From assembly GCA_036479435.1 (NCBI GenBank), contig JAZGFI010000170.1, positions 32,001 to 96,000 of the forward strand: a stretch of DNA of 64,000 bases. Direction: 5' to 3'. The stretch's first letter is position 1; each line of letters opens with the position of its first letter. The notes under the pieces are model-generated. The model had not been told where the DNA came from and searched no databases. It was given only the letters and a program-made list of their open reading frames with translations. Positions 57,543-64,000 of the stretch are shown here, piece after piece. The translations under genes were made by a program, and so were the position numbers. This DNA comes from Planctomycetota bacterium. GTDB taxonomy: Bacteria > Planctomycetota > GCA-002687715 > DRQF01.

Positions 57543-60500
57543 TTAGATCGATTCCTTTCCACCGACCAAATTCTCGATGTCTTCGGCCCAGGAGGTGGCG
57601 GTTTCAAACGAGGGGCGATCAAACCAGATGCCAGACTCGGGCGCGCCGGGATCGAGCCCCGCGCCGCGCAGAAAGACGTAGACCAGACCCCCGAACTTCT
57701 CCTCGTACTGACTTGCATTTTCAATCTTCAGCAATCGTAGGGTCGCATGGCCATAGATCTTGGCTTGGAGGGCATAGTTGTCGGCGATGACACGGTCGAG
57801 CGCCGGCGGGCTGTAGTCTTCAAGGTAATCACTTTTCCAGTCAACGATGAACCAACGACCCTCGTGCTCTAAGACGACGTCGATGTATCCCCGTAGAAAA
57901 GCCAAAGGCTCGGTCGAAGATTGGTCTCGCCGATCGAGCGTGAGGCTAAAGTCGAGTTCCTTAGCGACAACCTGCATGCCACCAATGAGGGGCGGGGAGT
58001 CAAAAGCGGCGGGATCGCCAACGGCAAGGGGGCAGTTCAAGACGCGATGAAGGAGCTCAATAGCGGGGGTCACGACGCTGGCATCCAAGGAGTACTGTCT
58101 TGCGCGTCGTTCGGCATGGCGGCGAAGAGCATCGTCGCTTTCTAGCTCAGCGGCGCTTGAGGCCGCGATGACATCGTCAAAACCCCAGTCTTCAAAAAGA
58201 GCGTGTAAGAACAATCCCGTGAGACGGCCGGGAGGAAGATCGATCTTTCTGCCATCCGGCTTCCTAACCAGGGGTCTCGGGGCTGGCGCGCCGGTCAATT
58301 CCGCCTGGCGTTTCAAGCTCGAATAAGATTCGAGCGCAAGGCTTTCATGGCGGCGTCGCAAGTTCGAGAAGCGTTGAGCAAGACCGGTGGCCGATTCCGC
58401 TTTTACCGTCGCTGGCGGCGTCCACTGCGACCAATCCGTGGGGGTGACCTGGTCCTCAATCCGCTCGTGCACATCGACCTCGGCGATTTCCCAAAGGTCA
58501 GGTTGGGATTTCGCCTTTGGGCCGAGCGCCATTGCATCGAGGCGGTCGGCGACGTACTGGTAGTGACCCAGTTTCTTTGCGCTTTCTAGATCCTCCCACC
58601 ACGGCAAGTAAAGACGGCACTGCGCTCGGGTGAGGCCAACGTAAAAAAGGCGCTCTGACTCTTGGCGTTCGCTCTCATCGAGGGCTAAAGCCTGCCGGCT
58701 CGACAAGTCTGAGCGCTTGCCGACGACGATGCGCCGCTTGCCGGCGAAGTCGAAGGTCTGGGCGGGGCTCTTGAAGCTCCCGGAAAACAAGTCAAAGAAA
58801 AACACGACAGGAGCTTCAAGGCCCTTACTTTTGTGCATCGTCATGATGTTCACGGCGGAGGCTGCGACGGCATGGGGCTGGGTGTTGTCGACGCTTTCCA
58901 CAGGATGTGCTTCGCCCTGCGTGAATCGGCGCAGCTGGTATAGAAGGGTCGCAGAATCCCAGTCGCCGTTGAGCGACTCCTTGGTCAAGACTTCGAAAAC
59001 GCGGCGGTAGATGGAAAGCGAAGCCCCTTCGCGGCCTTCTAAGATCAGCCGAGGAAAAAGCGCGGAATCCTCCAAGATGGCGGCCACGAGCGCTGCGAAT
59101 CCTCGCTCTTCATAACGCTGCGACCAGTGTGAAATGAGAGGCCAGGCGGAGCTTGTGCCGCCACCGGCTCGATGCCGGTCCAGATCTTCGATAGCACCGT
59201 TTAGGAATTCTCCGGTCGCCGCGCGCAGAAGCTTGGCCTCATCTTGCGGGGCAAAGATCGCCTCTAAAAGATCGAGGACTTCGAGGGCGTCGGGGCTTTC
59301 GAACAGGGCCTGGTCTGAGCTGATAACCCAAGGAATCCCGGTCTCATCGAGGATCGCGGCCATCTGTTTGGCGCGCGCATTGGTGCGAACCAAGATCTGG
59401 ATGTCGCCAGCAACGAGGTGGCGACCGCCCTCCGCTGGGTCTCCGATCGAAGCGGGGCTTTGGCGGCGGCTTGGTCCCAATAGCCCTGTGATTTCGCGAC
59501 CAATGTAGTGGCCGAGGCAGTCGAGCGGGTCGAGCGTCGCGTCATCCATGCGGATCAAGCAACAGGCGCTCATGGTTTTGTCGTCTCGACAAAGGCTTTT
59601 GGTTCGCGCCGCCGATTCCAGGGCTTTCGGGTACTGGATGGCACCGCTAAAAAAGGGCTTCGCCACCCCTTGGTCAAAAATCGCGTTGAGCACCTCAACG
59701 AGCTGGGGCTGAGAACGAAAGTTTTGGCCGAGGCCCGCGACGGGGAAACCATCGCTGGAAAAAGTCTCACGCGCTTTGAGGTAGGTGGCGACGTCGGCGC
59801 CTCGAAAGCCGTAGATGGCTTGTTTGGGATCGCCCACCGCGTGAAGAACGTGCGCTTTGTTTGAATCGTAGAAGATCGTTTTGAAGAGTCCCCATTGCGT
59901 CGCATCGGTGTCTTGGAATTCATCAATCAAGACCTGGCGGAAGCGCTGCCGAAGGGTTTTCACCAGGCTGCCATCGGGTTGAACGGCGACGATGTCGGCC
60001 ACCGCCTGAATCATGTCGTCAAAATCATATTGGCCCCGGCTTCGCTTTTGATCGCGAAACTCGGCTTCGACCTCGAGCATGAGTTTTTCTGCGTCATAGG
60101 TTCGGGGAGGAACGAGCCAGTCTCGAAACTCAGCGACGCGCCCCAAAAGATCGCTGAACTCCGTGTCTGATTTGTAGTTGGCGAGGTAGTTGAAGTTTTC
60201 GAATAACTCCAACGGTGCCGGCTTGCCAAGGTCAATTCCGGCGTCGGCTTCACCACGCGACTTTTCCAACTCACTTTGAGCCCAGATCCCAATCGCGGCC
60301 CGTTTGCCGTCGAGGGTCTTGGCTTGCTTTTTTTTGTCGAAGGCGTCAACCAGGTCCGCCGTGTCGGCGGACAGCAACTGCGGACAGTCTTCGAGCAGAA
60401 ATCGCTCTTTGATTTCAGCAAATTCAGTGGCGGCAAAACCATACTCACCGCGTTTGCCGCGGAGAGCTTCCAGAGTTTCCAGGAGGGTCGAAAGCGTGAG

Positions 60501-61031
60501 GTCGGCCTTGAGACCCCGCAAGGCATTTTCTAAGTCCTTGTCGATAGTGATGCGGCTTCGAAGTGCTTCGAGCGAGGCTTCAGCAAATGCGGCCGGGCCG
60601 TCCACGATCTCTTGTTCCAAAGGCCGGTCGCCGGAAAAGGCCAGTTCAGTGAGAACGCCCTGGCAAAAAGAGTGCATCGTCTTGATGTTGGCGGTTTCGA
60701 ACTCACCAAGCGCATCGCGAATCCGAGCCCGCGCGGCGTTGTCGATGGTCCAAGCATCGGCGTCCGTGGGCGGCTCGGCGCTGGTTGAAACTCCGCTCAA
60801 GACTTCTTCAAGAAAGCTGCGGATCTCACTCTTCATTTCCGCCGTCGCTTTTTCGGTAAAGGTGACGACGAGGATCTCAGAAATGCGGCAGCCCTTTTCT
60901 AGTAAAGCCGCCAAAAGAATGTGCTTCAGGGTGTAGGTCTTTCCCGTCCCCGCCGACGCTTCGATCATGCCGTGACGGTCCATTTGGAAGTCGGCGAAGA
61001 CGCGCGGTTTTTTCAGGTAGCGAACCGTCAT
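57543..61031 (-). CDS. recB: Exodeoxyribonuclease V beta subunit RecB (helicase-nuclease)
   Basis: Motifs IEASAGTGKT, VVTFTEKAT, IDEFQDTD, VGDPKQAIYGFRGAD, TMHKSKGLE and YVGLTRA. The nuclease motif is GYID..DWKS..Q..IY. Confidence 0.95.
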   Translation of the reverse strand: MTVRYLKKPRVFADFQMDRHGMIEASAGTGKTYTLKHILLAALLEKGCRISEILVVTFTEKATAEMKSEIRSFLEEVLSGVSTSAEPPTDADAWTIDNAARARIRDALGEFETANIKTMHSFCQGVLTELAFSGDRPLEQEIVDGPAAFAEASLEALRSRITIDKDLENALRGLKADLTLSTLLETLEALRGKRGEYGFAATEFAEIKERFLLEDCPQLLSADTADLVDAFDKKKQAKTLDGKRAAIGIWAQSELEKSRGEADAGIDLGKPAPLELFENFNYLANYKSDTEFSDLLGRVAEFRDWLVPPRTYDAEKLMLEVEAEFRDQKRSRGQYDFDDMIQAVADIVAVQPDGSLVKTLRQRFRQVLIDEFQDTDATQWGLFKTIFYDSNKAHVLHAVGDPKQAIYGFRGADVATYLKARETFSSDGFPVAGLGQNFRSQPQLVEVLNAIFDQGVAKPFFSGAIQYPKALESAARTKSLCRDDKTMSACCLIRMDDATLDPLDCLGHYIGREITGLLGPSRRQSPASIGDPAEGGRHLVAGDIQILVRTNARAKQMAAILDETGIPWVISSDQALFESPDALEVLDLLEAIFAPQDEAKLLRAATGEFLNGAIEDLDRHRAGGGTSSAWPLISHWSQRYEERGFAALVAAILEDSALFPRLILEGREGASLSIYRRVFEVLTKESLNGDWDSATLLYQLRRFTQGEAHPVESVDNTQPHAVAASAVNIMTMHKSKGLEAPVVFFFDLFSGSFKSPAQTFDFAGKRRIVVGKRSDLSSRQALALDESERQESERLFYVGLTRAQCRLYLPWWEDLESAKKLGHYQYVADRLDAMALGPKAKSQPDLWEIAEVDVHERIEDQVTPTDWSQWTPPATVKAESATGLAQRFSNLRRRHESLALESYSSLKRQAELTGAPAPRPLVRKPDGRKIDLPPGRLTGLFLHALFEDWGFDDVIAASSAAELESDDALRRHAERRARQYSLDASVVTPAIELLHRVLNCPLAVGDPAAFDSPPLIGGMQVVAKELDFSLTLDRRDQSSTEPLAFLRGYIDVVLEHEGRWFIVDWKSDYLEDYSPPALDRVIADNYALQAKIYGHATLRLLKIENASQYEEKFGGLVYVFLRGAGLDPGAPESGIWFDRPSFETATSWAEDIENLVGGKESI

Positions 61032-64000
61032 TTCTTTTTCGCCTTCGTCTTTGCCTTTGCTTGGGGCTGGAGGCCATCAAAGCGTCGTTTCGCGATGCGT
61101 TCGAGGTAATCTATCGAGGGTAGGGGATAGGCTTCGGGATGACGGATCGCCCCGAAGCTGACCTGGTCGGCGTTCGCGGCGAGGTTGATTTCGACCTCTA
61201 AGGCCGATCTTAAGGACTCGATGTCCTCATCTTGTTTGCGCAGCAAAAAGGGCTTTCCGGGCGCGAAAACACAGTCTTCGTCGAACAGCAGGTCTTCGGT
61301 CCAGCGGCGGAGCTGCTCTCGGGCCGAATCGCGATCGAGCCGAATCGTCGCTCTGACTTTGGCCGACCTCGCCTTGCCTTGAAGACAAATAAGCTCGTAC
61401 TCCATCGGCGGGAACAGATCGGAAGCGGCGAGAAGGTGTGCGTCGACAAATCCCCTAAGCAGGGGCCGGACGATGTTGTCACTCGCCGCCAAGACGACCA
61501 CTTGCCCCTGGCTGGACAAAAAACAGGATGTTGTGCCGTGCAATCGAATTCGAATGGGAGCGGCCACCCCTTCGTCGAGCACCGGGGGAAGGGCGTCGAA
61601 CTCGATGGCGTCCATGATTTGAACTTCGGATTCGCTTTCTTCGCCGCGCCCAAAACGGAGGCGTTGGAGTTGCGGTACGATCCCGGTCTTAGCTAGCTGC
61701 CGAGTCCATTCGCTCAAGACCTTCCGCTGCTTTTGCTGTTCGAACTCCTCGAACAGGCCGTGGGGCCATCGGGATTGAAGCCTCGCCAGCTCGACTTTCG
61801 ATTTGTAGATCTGGTCAAGGTCGCCACTGTCTTTCAGGAGCCAGTCTTGAAAGCTCGCCCGCAAGATGACGCTTGATTCGAGACCACCCGCTTGGAAGGC
61901 CTCATCGACGACTTCTGCGGCCGATTCCGACTCGACTCGTTCTAAGCCCAAGATGTACTCAGCTCGGGTCTGCAGCGGGTCGACGAGGAAGTTCGCAAGC
62001 TTCGAAGTAGAGAGTTCGAGATGCTCCGGCCAGGGGGTCGATGCGGACCCCTGCGGTGAAAAAAGCCGCGGCAACAGCAGTTGCGGCAAGTCACTTTCGC
62101 GCCCAAGGCCCAGGGCTTTTATGAGATCGTCTGCACCAGGCAGTTCTTGGCCCGGTGCCAAGAACGCTTCCAGGCTCGCGCGCAGCTCTCGCGCGCGCTG
62201 TTCGCTACGGCGGGCTCTGGAGAAGGTCCAAGAGGCCCGCGATGATTCAAGTGGAGCCTTTGGCGAGGAAGAGTCTGGCTCTTCGGCCCTCAGGGAGCTG
62301 TTCCAAGCTTCAAGTTGGCGAATGACTAAGGACGCAGGCTGCGGGTCGCCGGTCCCAGCGTGTCGATTCGAAAAGGAAAACCGCAAGTAGTCCCGAGTTG
62401 AGAGCACAGCTTCGGCGAGACCGGCGAGGTCACGTTGGCGAGCATTGAGGTCGCGCTCTCTTCCGCTTAGTTGTAAAAGGTCCAAGGCGTCATGAGGGTC
62501 GCTATCTGGAAACCGGTTTGCGTCGAGCCCTAAGATGGCGAGGTAACGAAAGGACCGACCTCGCACCGCTGACAAAGCGGACAAGGTGATGCCGCGTCGA
62601 CGACCTGAATTGGTCGCGGTCGAATCCACGTTGCCGCTCAATGAATGCAGAGAAAACTGTAGTGCCTGCTGGTAGCTCAATCCATCGGCGGGGGCGGTCT
62701 CATCGAGTTGAGCCAGCTGACCGAGCGCCTCGACGACACGCCCGAAGGCCTCCTCTTCGGCCTTAGTCTGAGCTTTGAGGAAAGCTCTCACGGCGAGTTG
62801 GAACTGGCAAGCCCATTCTGAAGGCGAGCGCCGGCGGCCTTGCCAGTCGCGGCCCATCTCAGCCAGCGATCGCACGAGGCGCAGCAAAAGGCCCGCCCGG
62901 TTTTGATCTTCGCCGCGGGTTTCCAAGGCCGCATAGCTTGCGAGCTCTCCCTCAAAAACTGGAGACACGCCCGAAACGGCGGCCGTCATGAAGGCGCCCA
63001 AAGCGAGCCGCTTCAAGCCTTGATCCCAATGAAAGCGCTCGACATCCAAGTAGGAATCTATCTGGTCTTTGGAGTCATAGCCTCGGGTGATGTCCAGGTC
63101 TTCGCAGAACTGGGTCCACAGTTTTGGGTCGGCTTCGGGAAACCGGGCTCGGAAGCAGGGCTCGCGAAATAGGGTCAAGACGCCGCGGCGATCCAAAGGA
63201 GCGGCGGCCATCTCGATCAAGCGGCTTGCGGCCCGCTGAACCGGCCCGGATGTCTGGGCCGTCGCTCTCGAGTAGGGCAGGGGTGGTGAGCCTCTACTCT
63301 CGAGAGCTTGAATGAGGGCGGCTTCGTAGGGCCCAGATCCGGAGTTGGCCCACACCAGAGCGCAATCCGAAAATCGAACTGGACTGTCCGCAGCCTCTTG
63401 CCCCTCAAGGCAAGCAAAGAGTTCGTCGACCGCGCGTTCTGCTTCGGCGGCGACGTCAGTTTCAGAAAAGATCTCGAAAGAAGGCGGTCTCGCTTCCGCG
63501 TCGTCTTGAGCCAGATCGGTGTTCGCGGCATCAAAGGCCAGGCCGAGTCGCATCGCCGCCAAGGGGCCATCGTCATCGCGAAGATCGGGGAGATCTTCCA
63601 AAGTTGTCGTCGGCAATGCCAACAGCTCGGCGAGGCTCTCCGACTGCGAACGCGTCCACTCGGCCACCGGATTCAACGATTCAGAAGCCTCCGTCAATTC
63701 GGGGGCCAAAAGGTACAAGAACAAATGTTGCGATGAGGCGAGGGCGGTGAGGGCCCGGCGGTATCCCGGTCCCAGGTGCCCGATGCCAAAAAGGTGCCAA
63801 GGCAGCGTTGAGGCTTGGGCCGAAAAGCTCGCGTTGAACAACTCCGACAAAAAAAAGTTCCCCTGGCCCGCCGCCGCCAGGGCCCCCTCATCGCCCAGCA
63901 GCCGTGCAAACACTCGGGCTTGCCAGGCCTCAGTATCATCTTGAGTCTCTCGTTTTCCCCGCCTCCAAACTTCCAGCATCTCCGGTCGCTGGAGGCTGTA
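61028..64000 (-). CDS. recC: Exodeoxyribonuclease V gamma subunit RecC (5' end outside the window)
   Basis: It overlaps recB by ATGA. RecC-like segments are WQARVF, HLFG, W..GL.RL.LG, ILGLD...FP and L..FL.DP. The frame is open to the window edge. Confidence 0.85.
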   Translation of the reverse strand, partial: YSLQRPEMLEVWRRGKRETQDDTEAWQARVFARLLGDEGALAAAGQGNFFLSELFNASFSAQASTLPWHLFGIGHLGPGYRRALTALASSQHLFLYLLAPELTEASESLNPVAEWTRSQSESLAELLALPTTTLEDLPDLRDDDGPLAAMRLGLAFDAANTDLAQDDAEARPPSFEIFSETDVAAEAERAVDELFACLEGQEAADSPVRFSDCALVWANSGSGPYEAALIQALESRGSPPLPYSRATAQTSGPVQRAASRLIEMAAAPLDRRGVLTLFREPCFRARFPEADPKLWTQFCEDLDITRGYDSKDQIDSYLDVERFHWDQGLKRLALGAFMTAAVSGVSPVFEGELASYAALETRGEDQNRAGLLLRLVRSLAEMGRDWQGRRRSPSEWACQFQLAVRAFLKAQTKAEEEAFGRVVEALGQLAQLDETAPADGLSYQQALQFSLHSLSGNVDSTATNSGRRRGITLSALSAVRGRSFRYLAILGLDANRFPDSDPHDALDLLQLSGRERDLNARQRDLAGLAEAVLSTRDYLRFSFSNRHAGTGDPQPASLVIRQLEAWNSSLRAEEPDSSSPKAPLESSRASWTFSRARRSEQRARELRASLEAFLAPGQELPGADDLIKALGLGRESDLPQLLLPRLFSPQGSASTPWPEHLELSTSKLANFLVDPLQTRAEYILGLERVESESAAEVVDEAFQAGGLESSVILRASFQDWLLKDSGDLDQIYKSKVELARLQSRWPHGLFEEFEQQKQRKVLSEWTRQLAKTGIVPQLQRLRFGRGEESESEVQIMDAIEFDALPPVLDEGVAAPIRIRLHGTTSCFLSSQGQVVVLAASDNIVRPLLRGFVDAHLLAASDLFPPMEYELICLQGKARSAKVRATIRLDRDSAREQLRRWTEDLLFDEDCVFAPGKPFLLRKQDEDIESLRSALEVEINLAANADQVSFGAIRHPEAYPLPSIDYLERIAKRRFDGLQPQAKAKTKAKKK

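Noticed and set aside
57542..57724. N-terminal extension of RecD overlapping recB, and similar long extensions of the aas, NYN, MBL and hydrolase ORFs
   Set aside because: These are artefacts of longest-ORF calling. Downstream starts fit RBS position, signal peptides or operon coupling better.

Overview
This is a GC-rich bacterial chromosomal segment, probably from a Planctomycetota lineage. That assignment is inferred from the eukaryote-like Ser/Thr kinases with TPR or PEGA-like domains, carboxypeptidase-regulatory-like repeats, and planctomycete-type cytochrome c tails ending in WIEEGA. I count about 39 protein-coding genes. Housekeeping and metabolic genes include hemB, htpG, birA, an lplT/aas fusion, putP, hsp20, a YigZ-family gene, an FMN glutamate synthase family gene, an AbmA-like monooxygenase and recC(partial)-recB-recD. 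The most unusual content is a set of four secreted acidic beta-rich proteins that appear to share an unannotated module of about 130-150 aa with a Q-x-h-h-x-D-P-T-x-P-F motif. Two of these carry a related PKD-like plus c-type heme cassette, and one is a 1375-aa three-heme, adhesin-like cytochrome. A TMTC-like glycosyltransferase, a redoxin lipoprotein-kinase pair and a DcaP-like porin lie near this large cytochrome gene. Features the ORF track does not show are a cutC pseudogene, a frameshifted FimB/FimE-like recombinase relic beside an AbrB-PIN toxin-antitoxin pair, two copies of a nested GTGCC(A/T)GGCAC palindromic REP-like element (one a perfect 75-bp palindrome), a 34-bp-arm inverted repeat, several terminators and a candidate sigma54 promoter. 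I saw no rRNA, tRNA or CRISPR array. All family calls come from recognising motifs by eye, and no database searches were run.
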